A stretch of 63,979 bases of DNA, counting the filler, from Octopus bimaculoides (lineage: Eukaryota), in the NCBI RefSeq assembly GCF_001194135.2. It is 6 parts of 6 records of this genome, joined end to end, with 100 filler letters (N's around TTAATTAATTAA, not from the genome) between each part and the next. Parts side by side here need not be neighbours in the genome. Positions count along the whole stretch, not along the records: positions 44,310 to 51,689 come from NC_068998.1; positions 51,790 to 61,353 come from NC_068985.1; positions 61,454 to 62,607 come from NC_068981.1; positions 62,708 to 63,979 come from NW_026318101.1; 2 more parts are not named here. The stretch is one strand, 5' to 3'. How positions within the stretch are numbered: position 1 is the stretch's first letter; each line of letters starts with the position of its first letter. This document shows positions 50,774 through 63,979 of the stretch, piece after piece. Both the position numbers and the translations under genes were made by a program. The notes beneath the pieces were generated by a model, which saw only the letters and a program-made list of their open reading frames with translations, had not been told where the DNA came from and searched no databases.

Positions 50774-51637
50774 TGTGCGTGTGTACGTTACGTGTGTGTA
50801 TAGTTATTTTTCAATATATGAATTTGTGTCCGTCGGAGTTTGCGTATATATGCGTAAATATATACGCGATTTCGATGTATATAAATGAGTGCTTGTACAT
50901 GTGTGTTTATGTGCGTGTGTGTGTGTGTATGTGTGTGCGTGTCTGTCTGTCTGTCTGTCCGTCTATTTGTATGTGTCTGTGTACGTGCGTGCGCGCGCGC
51001 AAGCGTGCGGATATGAATGTGTGTCAATGTTTGTACACGTAAGTAGCAGTTTGTGTGTGTGTGTGTGTATTTGTGTGTTTATGTGTATATCTGTGGTCGT
51101 ATCTGTGTGTGTGTGTGCGCGCATGCGTGACTGTGTGTGTGTGTGTGACAGAGAGAGAGAGAGAGAGAGGAGGAGAGAGAGTGGGTGTGTGATTATTTCC
51201 ATTTTCCCGCTGGAAAACAAAATGGCGACGTGTTCATATCAAATTAATTTCTTTTCTGTTTGTTGTGTTATATTGCGCTGTATATCAATTTTTATACACT
51301 TTTATTGCGGTGTATATCAACTTTTACACATTTATTACTAGATTCATATTACTTCATATCTTTATAATGCAATCGATATATGCGTGTGTATGTGTATGTG
51401 TTTGTGTGTGTGCATGTATATGCGTGCACATACACATACACACATGTGTGTGTATGCATATATGATTGTGTATACCTATGTATGTAGGTATGTATGTATA
51501 TATGTATACACAGAGTGAGAGAGATAGAAAGAAAGAGAAAATAGGATAGACACGAAGACCTATCTATAGTACACATACACACGCGCACACACACACATAC
51601 ATATATACATACACACATATGCAAACACATACACACA

Positions 51638-51689
<52 letters not shown>

Positions 51690-52486
51690 NNNNNNNNNNN
51701 NNNNNNNNNNNNNNNNNNNNNNNNNNNNNNNNNTTAATTAATTAANNNNNNNNNNNNNNNNNNNNNNNNNNNNNNNNNNNNNNNNNNNNATATATATATA
51801 TATATATATATATATATACGTAGTTATTTAGACAAATGCACATATACGTGGTTTCATAACCACATACCTACATACACATGAGTGTGTGCTTGTGTGTTTG
51901 TGCGTACAAAGCGATAAAATATCGTAAATTACACGAAAGCTTTTATACATTCACAGATCAATACAACTATACACCGACTTGTATAACCACTCTACAGCCA
52001 TAATTACTAACATACAATTAGGAGACAATATATTCAGAATATGTGATATATCTAATGGTATTTGTACGTTTTGGAATGCGTGTATACTTGTGTGTACTTG
52101 TGCTTGCCTTTCCATTTGGGTAGGTTTATTACTATATTCTGCATCATAGTTGTTTTCAGCTGTATCTATACAATTGTACAGGATAACGATTGCAGTTTGC
52201 AATTTGATCCGTCATCGTCTGTAAATAATTATAGAAACGCTGATGAAATTTACAGATATGGTAAATATTTCTCTCTATATATACATATATACTAACAATC
52301 ATACATTCAGGGTAGATACCCGCAAAAGCAAAACACCAAAACGATCATATATCAACACAACACAACACACGTACAAACATGTATATTTGTGTTTAGTGAT
52401 AAAACGAACTAAACCATAAAACCATATTTATGGCGAGCCATTCATATGAGCTTCAACCTCAATTTGTGATTTCTTTATTTAACATT

Positions 52487-52752
52487 ACTTAAATGATAAT
52501 CCATCAATGAAACAATTATCTGTCGTCTACAGAAACAGACAACTTCCTATCATACTGACGGCGAATGCGCCATGTAAAAGAGAAGTTGTTCTGCTAAAAC
52601 GGCCTTTCTTTCGAAGGAAAATTCTCTGTCCAAACCAGATTTACGACGGCGATGCAGCTACTCCATAACGAGCTGTGCATGTTATTTACTAGTAATGCTA
52701 CGAGAACCAAAGCTATTGCAAGAAATAAAACGGTCGCTGAACTATTTATTAC
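52487..52752. repeat. Direct repeat copy 1, about 266 bp
   Basis: ACTTAAATG.TAATCCATCAATG...GAACTATTTATTAC is nearly identical to 54317-54582. Confidence 0.95.
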
Positions 52753-54316
52753 TGTAAAATAACACATCGTATCACACTTCGCTTGTTTACAGACTTGCCC
52801 ACGAGCTGTCATGTTACAATTCAGGAAGCAAATTTTGTTCGAAAACAGCAAAAAGTAAAATATAATGTTTTGCGACTCTTTTCTTTCAGAACATCGTAAA
52901 AGAAAATCACTATAGAATATTGTCAATTTGCGTCGCTGTGCTACAGAAATCTTAACTTCACACAAACTTGTTTTTAGCCTATAGGCTCACAGCGCATTTC
53001 AGTATTGCAGTAACTAAATACTATGTAGATCAATTATGCACACCATATATTGCCGTTCGATTTTACTTATGACAATATGCATCCCTACAACATGTGTGCT
53101 ACTATTATATACGCTAGAAACGCAAGCTTGCTCACAATTAATCTTCCAATGGAGAACTTCACACATCGATGGCGTTAGCACAACAGATTTTCTGAAGATT
53201 GATTTGTGTTACGTCGCTAATCTAAGACGTTTAACTATCCCCTTCTTCGGAGTAACCCAAATTCGACAAGCTTCATGCTCATTTATACGTAATCGGATGC
53301 GCAAAGTGCTGATACTAGATCATTTTCAGAATGTGCGTCTTAGACTTACGCATCCGTCACATACCAATTTAGCAAAAGGATAATTGCGCTGAAGAGAAAT
53401 TTATTCAACTGATCTTAATTAGATTTATAGAATTTGCTTGAGAAATACGCGAAATACTAGCTCATTCCTGCAGGTAGAAAACGTAGGTAGAAATCTGATT
53501 TTAACGAAGACCAAAGTAAACAAGTTCTAGGTATATAATATTGCAACTAAAAATTGCATTTATAAGATAGTAACTGCTATTGTATGCTGTCCTATGAAAA
53601 ACATGTTATTCATTGGAGAAGAAAAATAATTTGCACGGAAATAATCATATATGAAGTAAGTTGTATAGTACTTTGTATAAACACACATGTGTACAAGTGG
53701 TAATAGAATCTATTTTCTGACTTAAAATACGTTAGGGCATTCATGAAAATGCTAGCAAAGAGTATAAATATATAACAGATTTTCCGTGTTCAGCTTTCGC
53801 CGAAAGACCTACACAGATGATCTCTTTATAATTTTGAAGTGATTACAGGACAACGTGATAAAAAAGAATATTATGTTCAAGATTGCGATACAATACTCGC
53901 TTCAGGAGATGAAACCACGATCGCAAGATCGTGGACGGAACGTCCTAATCATGCATCCACTTGAATGTATATAAACTATTGCTATACTATTGATAGTATA
54001 AAAAAGATGTGCAGTAGAAAGGGGATAGCTTGTTGATAATTAGTAGTTCAAACATAAATAAACAGACCATAATTTATCAGACAGATACTGTTGAAAAAAA
54101 CGAGTGAATTCTTAAGTTTAATTGTCTTGCACACACCATGCACATGCAAATGCTACCAGTCAAGAACTCCGCATATCGGAAACCGCAAGTGTACGGGGTC
54201 ATCAGGAGAGAATGCGCGCTGTTTCGAAGCCTACCATTCGACGGCGTCAAAGCGCACCGCCCCCTTCACTGACATGAGCAACTGGTTCTTAAATATAGCT
54301 CTATGATGACATATCA

Positions 54317-54582
54317 CTTAAATGCTAATCCATCAATGAAACAATTATCTGTCGTCTACAGAAACAGACAACTTCCTATCATACTGACGGCGAATGCGTC
54401 ATGTAAAAGAGAAGTTGTTCTGCTAAAACGGCCTTTCTTTCGAAGGAAAATTCTCTGTCCAAACCAGATTTACGACGGCGATGCAGTTACTCCATAACGA
54501 GCTGTGCACATTATTTACTAGTAATGCTACGGGAACCAAAGCTATTGCAAGAAATAAACCGGTCGCTGAACTATTTATTACC
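54317..54582. repeat. Direct repeat copy 2, about 266 bp
   Basis: About 7 substitutions relative to 52487-52752 by eye. Confidence 0.95.
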
Positions 54583-54660
54583 GAGCAGTGGCGGACGGTA
54601 AGCCTGAGATCCTAAAGAGATGAAAATGTGGATAGAATTATTGTAGAATTACAATGCGAG

Positions 54661-55075
54661 GAGCTGGCAGAAACGTTATCACGACGGGCGAAACGCTTAG
54701 CAGTATTTCGTTTGTCTTTACGTACTGAGTTCAAATTCCGCCGAGGTCGACTTTGCCTTTCATCCTTTCGGGGTCGATTAAATAAGTACCAGTTACACAC
54801 TGGGGTCGATGTAATCGACTTAATCCCTTTGTCTGTCCTTGTTTGTCCCCTCTATGTTTAGCCTCTTGTGGGAAATAGAGACATATGAAACGTTAGCACT
54901 CTAGGCAAAATGCTTAGCGGTATTTCGTCTGTCTTTACGTTCCGAGTTCAAATTCCGCCAAGGTCGACTTTGCCTCTTATCCTTTCGTGGTCGATAGATT
55001 AAATATCAATTGCGTACTGAGGTCAATCTAATCGACTGTCTCCTCCCCAAAAATATTGTGCTCAGAGAAGAAAAT
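54661..55075 (+). mobile_element. Two adjacent SINE family B copies
   Basis: GAGCTGGCAGAAACGTTATC... (54661-54870) and GAAACGTTAGCACTCTAGGC...GTCGACTTTGCC... (about 54887-55075). Confidence 0.85.
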
Positions 55076-56001
55076 AAACTTTAGCACACCGCACGAAATG
55101 CATAGCGGTATTACTACGTGCTGGTTTCATATTCCGGGCATGTGTGTGTGTGTGTATGTGAGAATGGTTTTGTGTGAGTGTGTAAGTGTGTGCGAATAGG
55201 GAGGCGTGACTCAGATGTTTGTGAGTGTATGTGTGTGTGTGTTGTGTGTAACGTGTGTGTTTGTGATTTTGTTTGTGTTGCGTGTAGCAGTTGATGTGTG
55301 CTAGGTCACGTGGTGTGTAGACATGAGTGTATGTGTGTGTCTGCGACCAAACAATGTGCATGTGTATGGTGTATATATGTGAGTGACATTTATCTTTGTC
55401 TATGCATGTTGCACGTTCTAATACGTAAGCCCTATTAAGGATACATGTGAAAAGGCTGATGTGTGTGTGTGTGTATGTATATATACATTGACATGTGTGT
55501 ATGTCTGTGTCCGTGCGTGCTTGTGTTAGTTGTGTGGTAGCGTGTGTGAGCGTTTTACCGAATTTTTTTGTGTTTTTGTTTTATATTTCTCCCTTACAAT
55601 CGCTCGACAATTCGTGTTGGTTTGTGTGCGTTCCCGTAAAATTTCGATAAAATAAAACGATGGAACAAGTAACAGGAGGAAAGACTTCGAGAAGGTGCTC
55701 CAGTATTTCTGACGTAAAATGACTGAGGCAAAGAAAACATAAATGTCAAAAGATCATACCAAATATGGAAGAGCGATATAATATATAAATGTATATGTCT
55801 TTTTTGTGACTATATTGATTATTTACGTGTTCTTCCCTGGGCCAGTACTGCCCAGTTTTGATTATATATACCGCACTTATAGTATTTATAGTGTGATGTT
55901 ACTTAATTATCGAATACTGAAATATATGTAACATGAAATAAAGTGATAGCAAGTTGTCATCCGAGTTTTCTATCTCGTCGTCTGTGTGTGTATGTATGTG
56001 G

Positions 56002-56051
<50 letters not shown>

Positions 56052-57740
56052 AGATATATATATATATNNNNNNNNNNNNNNNNNNNNNNNNNNNNNNNNN
56101 NNNNNNNNNNNNNNNNNNNNNNNNNNNNNNNNNNNNNNNNNNNNNNNNNNNNNNNNNNNNNNNNNNNNNNNNNNNNNNNNNNNNNNNNNNNNNNNNNNNN
56201 NNNNNNNNNNNNNNNNNNNNNNNNNNNNNNNNNNNNNNNNNNNNNNNNNNNNNNNNNNNNNNNNNNNNNATATATATATATATATATATATAAGTGTGTC
56301 TGTGTGTGTGTGTCTGTGTGTATAATATAATGCACGTGCCTGTTTTGTGTTATATGTTTGCACGCACATCACTTATAGGTCCCGGACACACACACATACA
56401 CATATGTGTTTGCGTGTGTATGTGTGTGTGTGTGTATGTAGAGAGACGGAGGACGAAATATGTGTAAACAAACTGATTAGATTGATGAAATAATTAATTA
56501 AATATTTAATTAATAATTCTCATGTCAAGATTTACTACTATTATAAGCTTGTTCTTGTTTGTGTTTTGCTCCGATCGATCATATCTAAAACCAAACCTTG
56601 CAAACACGAACATTCTGTTTTCTTTATAGCATATTTAACTTATATTATACAGTGTGTCCTTCCAATTACTATATCAGCTTTTATTGCGTTATCTGAAGTA
56701 GATTTGTCTGCTACATCTAACTGATCGATCAATTAAGTACAGAGCATCTCTCAGTTCATTGTCCCCTATAATGAGAACATAGCCTTTGTATTTGCTAAAC
56801 GCCTGTTTTTCTAAGTTAACGCAAATAATATGATCAAATGGGAATAAATCATATAGATATCTTCATGAATTTGATGAACATATGTAAGTGTGATAAACGC
56901 AAAGCCGTTAGCGATGATTTATCAGTTGGGAAGAATAGCTTATTTATAGCTTTAAGCAACACTGCATTCAATAAGCCAGTGAAAATTGTATTATAAAAAA
57001 AAAAAAACCTCTGATTTAATTTAAATTCTTCTATAGAAATGCAGGGATTCTCTGGAATAATTTAAACCCTGTAAAAGAAATTCATCGATGGCGAATCCCA
57101 GTCATAACTATCACGTATGGAAAATTAATCGATCCGCTGTTAATAACTGACTAACATGTCTCTGGTATATCAATCCGACTGTTGATATTTCGGTGTGCAG
57201 TCAAAGATGGTTCAAGTTTGCTGAGGAAATCCCGATAGAAGTATGAAAATAATCAGGCTGACTTGTTCGATGGTCACAAAGGCAGGGTATGCAAAGTTAA
57301 CTGTTTCAAACAGGTTGATGGTACGAAGTTTCAGATATATTTTATAACATTGTACAACATTGAAACAAATCTCTCCACTCACCAGTTATTTTATAACTAT
57401 TCTCTACTCACCTGTTATGTACAAAACAAAATTTGATGTGATAGAAAACTGGGAAGTTTTNNNNNNNNNNNNNNNNNNNNNNNNNNNNNNNNNNNNNNNN
57501 NNNNNNNNNNNNNNNNNNNNNNNNNNNNNNNNNNNNNNNNNNNNNNNNNNNNNNNNNNNNNNNNNNNNNNNNNNNNNNNNNNNNNNNNNNNNNNNNNNNN
57601 NNNNNNNNNNNNNNNNNNNNNNNNNNNNNNNNNNNNNNNNNNNNNNNNNNNNNNNNNNNNNNNNNNNNNNNNNNNNNNNNNNNNNNNNNNNNNNNNNNNN
57701 NNNNNNNNNNNNNNNNNNNNNNNNNNNNNNNNNNNNNNNN

Positions 57741-57786
<46 letters not shown>

Positions 57787-57995
57787 TGTCTCTGGGGTCT
57801 GTATTTATTCCCCTCAACAACACCGCTTGACAACATGTGGTTATGAGTTAACGTTCCCATAACTTAGCGGTTCGGCAAACATACCCGTTGGAACAAGTAC
57901 TAGGCGTCAAAAAATGAATCCTATGGAAATCTCTTCGTCTAAAAAACTTTCATGTGGTGCCTCATCAGAGCCGCAGTGAAATGACTGAAAACAGA
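57741..57995 (+). mobile_element. SINE family A 3' half, emerging from a gap
   Basis: (TG)n, then CGCTTGACAAC...CATAACTTAGCGGTTCGGCAAA...CCGCAGTGAAATGACTGAAAC. Confidence 0.7.
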
Positions 57996-59257
57996 AAAGC
58001 AAGTAAAAGATAAATAATAATAAAAAAAAAGATCCAAAGTTCTGAATATCTCCTTACCGTATATGAAAGATACATACAAAACTGCACATATGCTGCCACT
58101 GATGTCAGAAGACGCCGAGTCATATTAAACGACATTTGTTCGGTTGCTATGAATCAGCTTGTTGTTAATATCCAGATTACAGCTGTTCCTAGATACATTT
58201 TGTCATAGTTGATTTCATAGGGTTATATATTTTATTCATATAGACTGTTAATAATTATAGTTGAACACGAAAAGTTCTCATCGTAAGGAGAATACGAAGT
58301 GTGTGTGTCTATATGTATGTATATATATATATATATATNNNNNNNNNNNNNNNNNNNNNNNNNNNNNNNNNNNNNNNNNNNNNNNNNNNNNNNNNNNNNN
58401 NNNNNNNNNNNNNNNNNNNNNNNNNNNNNNNNNNNNNNNNNNNNNNNNNNNNNNNNNNNNNNNNNNNNNNNNNNNNNNNNNNNNNNNNNNNNNNNNNNNN
58501 NNNNNNNNNNNNNNNNNNNNNNNNNNNNNNNNNNNNNNNNNNNNNNNNNNNNNNNNNNNNNNNNNNNNNNNNNNNNNNNNNNNNNNNNNNNNNNNNNNNN
58601 NNNNNNNNNNNNNNNNNNNNNNNNNNNNNNNNNNNNNNNNNNNNNNNNNNNNNNNNNNNNNNNNNNNNNNNNNNNNNNNNNNNNNNNNNNNNNNNNNNNN
58701 NNNNNNNNNNNNNNNNNNNNNNNNNNNNNNNNNNNNNNNNNNNNNNNNNNNNNNNNNNNNNNNNNNNNNNNNNNNNNNNNNNNNNNNNNNNNNNNNNNNN
58801 NNNNNNNNNNNNNNNNNNNNNNNNNNNNNNNNNNNNNNNNNNNNNNNNNNNNNNNNNNNNNNNNNNNNNNNNNNNNNNNNNNNNNNNNNNNNNNNNNNNN
58901 NNNNNNNNNNNNNNNNNNNNNNNNNNNNNNNNNNNNNNNNNNNNNNNNNNNNNNNNNNNNNNNNNNNNNNNNNNNNNNNNNNNNNNNNNNNNNNNNNNNN
59001 NNNNNNNNNNNNNNNNNNNNNNNNNNNNNNNNNNNNNNNNNNNNNNNNNNNNNNNNNNNNNNNNNNNNNNNNNNNNNNNNNNNNNNNNNNNNNNNNNNNN
59101 NNNNNNNNNNNNNNNNNNNNNNNNNNNNNNNTATGTGTTGGCGTCTGTGTGATTTTATATTTCACCAAATCCAAAGGCGTCTAAATTAATCTGCAAACAT
59201 ACTTTGCTTATTTATTTGAATTTTTTGGGGAGATTGAGAGAGCGAGAGACAGAACGA

Positions 59258-59325
<68 letters not shown>

Positions 59326-59760
59326 GAGAGAGAAAGAAAGAAAGAGACAGAGAGAGAAAGAAAGAGAATTATAATAACTCTTTGTATATTGATTCATTGA
59401 CAAATGCTATTCACCAAGCCAACATATCGATTGCCTCTGTTGCACATGGTAAATCATAGAATACGTATTTTCTGTGCAGCCGAGTGTACTACAATTTTCA
59501 ATAGATCCTGGGTTGTTTTTCAATTTTTGATTTACATCATTTCTCTATTTCTCTTTTTCATAGCGCGTTGCCAGCAGGGTTATTGGTCGGAATGTGCTAT
59601 GTCATATTGACTGTGACTTCAGCCCTCCTAGAACATGGTTTGAAATAAATCAGAGATTGTCGTCTGCATTATATTTATTTATATACTTATTTTCATCTGT
59701 ATTTGCACTTTTGTTTTCTCTTTTACACTATTTCTACCTCTATTATTATTATTATTATTA

Positions 59761-59824
<64 letters not shown>

Positions 59825-60722
59825 CATGATCATCATCATCATCATAATCATCGGCATTATTACTATTCACCTAACACAACTATAAATGAATCCAAATACG
59901 GAATAGCTATTCAGACTTTTAATTAAATCTGACCACTATGCGTATTACATGATATGTATACCTTGGTTGCAAATCTCCAACAGAGTATGTACAAAACTTT
60001 AGGGATACACTTGCCGCTATACATCACCCATACCGACGTAATGTGTATATAGAAAAAAAATCGTGTTAAGCGTAGCATATACGATAAATATGAACAGTCA
60101 GTGGAATAATTTAAATCAAAGCTAGAAAAATTGACTAATTTATGCAGTCTGAAACATATATGTTATAATCTAATACCAGATTATGTCATAGACATGACGA
60201 ATAGAATATATACTCACGACATCCTAGATTTCTATAGTAACATGTTAACGATTTTTAACATATATACAGTTAACAAGTATATAAAAATATATACGTTAAA
60301 TGTCGCTTCTGAATCACAAGCATTCTTATATCATACTGTGGCTCCTATATCTTGCAGCCTTTCATGTATGACGTAACAACAAACGATGTAATTTGAAAAT
60401 CTAGGATGTCGAGGATGCATAATAGCTGATGTTTAATCTCATGCTCTAAGAGATGAAGATCAGCAGGTAACGGAAGACAGCTCGTTTTTTAATGTTATGT
60501 CAGTACTTAAAGTGGTTACCAATTAGTCTCTTACTTTTAGGATATCAGTAACTGAAAATAGTTAGAAGTAATTTACCATGGCAGAAGAAATACTGAATTC
60601 TTTCCCAGGCAGGTCATCGTCTGTCTAGTTGACAATTACGTTTTTAGCATCAAGAAATACACCACTCACCATGCACACCCAGCACACACACATATACACA
60701 TATGCGTGTTTCTATCAAAAGA

Positions 60723-60812
60723 CATAGCTATGTTAAGGCATAACTATGTTAAGGCATATCTATGTTACGGCATAGCTATGTTAAGGCATAGCTATGTTAA
60801 GGCATAACTATG
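60723..60812. repeat. 16-bp minisatellite, about 5.6 copies
   Basis: Unit CATAGCTATGTTAAGG with variants. Confidence 0.9.
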
Positions 60813-61453
60813 GTATGTTTCTATGAACATCATGCTTCGGTTGTTGTATTCCTCATCCAAAGCATATTACAAATATGATCTTTAAAATCCATGAATTTTA
60901 AGGACAATATTAATACAGGTATTCTTTTCCGGATTAAATAACATAGGATGATTTAAGTGAAGCACTCAGAAACTTTTAACATAAACGCACTTAAGCCGTA
61001 TAAACATACATACACATGCACACAAAGACGCAAACACACACACACGCACATATATCCAACACGTACTGAAGCGTATAGTTTTTGAACTATACACACACTC
61101 ACACATAAATAGATAGGTTCATAGACAGACAGACAGACAGATAGATAGATAGATAGATAGATAGATAGGTTTCTTTATTAGCCACACAGGGCTCAACACA
61201 GAGGGGACAAAATACAAATGTAGAGTTTTTCTTTTCGAGGGGGAGCGAAAACAAAGCAGAAAAAAACAAAAGTGGGGACAACGATGAAAATAAACATCGC
61301 AAAACGTTTGGGGTATTTACAAAAAATACGAAATAATACAGAAAATTCACAATNNNNNNNNNNNNNNNNNNNNNNNNNNNNNNNNNNNNNNNNNNNNTTA
61401 ATTAATTAANNNNNNNNNNNNNNNNNNNNNNNNNNNNNNNNNNNNNNNNNNNN

Positions 61454-61491
<38 letters not shown>

Positions 61492-61876
61492 TGTTACCAA
61501 ATTTGACCCTCCGCAAAATCCCAAATTTTATTTAATTTGCTTTGCGGGACCAACGTTTTCGTCGAAGACGTATCTTAATATGGAGTAGAAAAACACCCGA
61601 CAACTGAAGAAGGATCGTTTTTTATGTTGCTCGTCTCGTTTTCCATTAGTTTCTTTCGTTGTTCGCAAAAAAAAAGTTCGTATTCCATGTTTTCGTATTT
61701 CATGTTCTTTACGTTCTGTGATGTCCTGTGCCCATATATGCTTATATATATGCATATATATGTATGTACGTATATGTATGTATATATGCATATATATTTT
61801 ATATATATATTATATGTATATATATATTATAAATATGTATATATATGTATATATATGTATATATATNNNNNNNNNN

Positions 61877-61913
<37 letters not shown>

Positions 61914-62304
61914 CACAATGACTATCGCTTTTACTCGCTTTACGTCCCCACCTACTACTTCCTCCCCTTCTATCACCCTATTAACTTATATCATCATCAT
62001 CATCATCATCATTATCATCATCGTAGTCGTCGTCATCGTTTTAACGTCTAGTTTTGAATGCTTGCATGCACGGATCAGACGGAGTTTATTGAGATAGATT
62101 TTCTACGGCAGGGTGCCTTTCCAACCATCCACCCACCCCACTACATGACCCCTGCCCATAGCGAGACGTTCGCAGAATGCTGGAAATGAATGACAAGGAA
62201 ACTTATTTATAACTATCACGTGATGTCAAGACAAACCTATACCCTCTCACATAGGCACACACAAACACACAGACACACATATACACACATATCCTCTTTC
62301 ATCC

Positions 62305-62932
62305 TTTACTTGCTTCAGTGATCTAGACTGCGGCCATGCTGGGGCCATCTGTGGGGCCAATGGGGTGGAGGGAACCTAGCTGATTATATGTTATTTCCTT
62401 ATTTGAAGAATTATAGTCGAACAAATCGACAGAGCAAATCGGCCCCTTATTTTTTTAAAGCCTGGTATTTAATCTATCGAGGCCTTTTGTCGAATTGCTA
62501 AGTTACGGAAGCGTAATCACACCAATATCGGTTGCTAAGCGAGGGACCACACACACACACACACAAACTAAATGAAGCTTGTCGTTCGTATATATATATA
62601 TATATATNNNNNNNNNNNNNNNNNNNNNNNNNNNNNNNNNNNNNNNNNNNNTTAATTAATTAANNNNNNNNNNNNNNNNNNNNNNNNNNNNNNNNNNNNN
62701 NNNNNNNTATACATATATATATATACACACATATATATGTGTGTGTGTGTATGTATGTATATACATATATATATATATATGGTGGGCTTCCATATAGTTT
62801 CTGTCCACCAATTCCACTGATAGGGTATTGGTCAGCTTGAGGCTACAGCAGAAGACAACCAAAGTGGCACCAGTAAGATAGAACTCGAGACCACATGGTG
62901 TGAGGCAAACACTAAATCCACCCAACCACGCC
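62305..62932 (-). mobile_element. SINE family A copy with its internal microsatellite broken by a gap
   Basis: Tail TTTACTTGCTTCAG..GACTGCGGCCATGCTGGGG, body, microsatellite and gap, then the head ending CCACCCAACCACGCC. Confidence 0.75.
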
Positions 62933-63979
62933 TTTTTAAGAATACAAATAACTCATCATCATTATCCGCACCATTGTATTTACATCTGCTTTCATCATGC
63001 CAACATCGTTTGGATGTGACTGGTCAAAGAAATGCCCCATCATTAGATGTCTTTCCTCTTACCATCGCATACTTGTTTTGCAGGTAATGTATTTTTATTC
63101 TGCTCATTTGTCTTCACACACAACTGTTAGACATACATCATCATCAGGGAAGTCACACTGCTAACAAGAATTGAAGGTAATCCTTCATTAAGTCTACCAT
63201 TCAGAAAGTCCCTTGGGCTGCACGTTGCTCATGACTTAGCAACAGTATCAAGTATATCCCTCCTTCTTGAAGACAGTAGGATATGATTTGTGGGGCCATT
63301 TGTCTGCTATTTGCTGCTGGTTAGGCAACCCCACAAAGGCAAATGCATTGATTTGAATTGTGTATTGATTGAAAATAATGTACCTATATTTTGAAGGAAT
63401 TAAATTTGAACTGATATACCAAAATGCTTTTACAAATTCATAAAAGGAAATTATGTTGCAATGAATATTAAATGAATAAATCGATGAATGATATATTTAA
63501 TCAGACAGTTTGTTAAGAAAGAAGGAAAACTTGAGAAAACATCTCACAACGCTCATTACATTTGCTAAGTTAAATGTGTGTGTATAGACATGTATATACG
63601 TATGTATGTGTGTATGCGCGTGTGTATCTCTGTGTGAATGTGTCTGTGTTTGTGTGTATGTATGTATGTATGAATGGGTGGATTGATGGATGGACCAATG
63701 GATGGATGGTTAAGTTGTTACATTGAAATACACTGTATCACAGTGAATTATTTCTCAGTCAATCATATTACAGAATTTTGATAAATAGATAAATTAAATA
63801 ATTTTGTTTTTACAAGACTGCATTTGTTAAGAGAGAAAGAAATACACAATTTGACTATCAGAAGCACAACAGTTCTCAGTGTTTGTTTCAGGTTATTGTG
63901 TACAAATGCAAACTTAAATATATATATACATATATGTATATATACACACACATACATACATACATACATACATACATAC

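Noticed and set aside
51217-51341. AAAATGGCG (YY1 or start-codon-like) motif with a 39-codon ORF
   Set aside because: A short motif expected by chance, lying between microsatellites with no supporting promoter or splice pattern.
52594-52965. Rhodopsin-type GPCR TM3-TM4 or claudin GLW-x2-C reading
   Set aside because: No DRY-like motif and no other helices in frame. Kept only as an unidentified TM-like segment.

Overview
Animal genomic DNA: AT-rich, dense in microsatellites and transposons, with roughly 8 kb of N gaps. The SINE repertoire and repeat content look like Octopus; that is recognition from memory, not a search result. I found no confidently identifiable intact host gene, and most long ORFs in the track are microsatellite or N artefacts. 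Recognisable content: an internally deleted Tc1-like element, RTE, CR1/L2-like, Tx1/L1-like and R4/Dong-like LINE remnants, a decayed Ty3/Gypsy pol with a short 3' LTR, Chapaev-like and mariner transposase remnants, two hAT-type MITEs and several tRNA-derived SINE families. The best finding is a short retroposon with a tRNA head, an (AAT)n spacer, a Penelope-type minimal hammerhead ribozyme and a 9-nt repeat tail. One copy is bounded by a 9-bp target-site duplication (28288-28538). A second copy has an intact catalytic core (30166-30211), and an unrelated decayed hammerhead lies between them (29150-29191). Weaker leads: a well-spaced CRE/TATA/Inr promoter at about 42981 (minus strand), a bZIP-basic-region-like segment at 4537-4632, decayed coding-like islands at 5.9-7.7 kb and 52.5-54.6 kb, and phase-compatible candidate exons at 12.7-17.6 kb.
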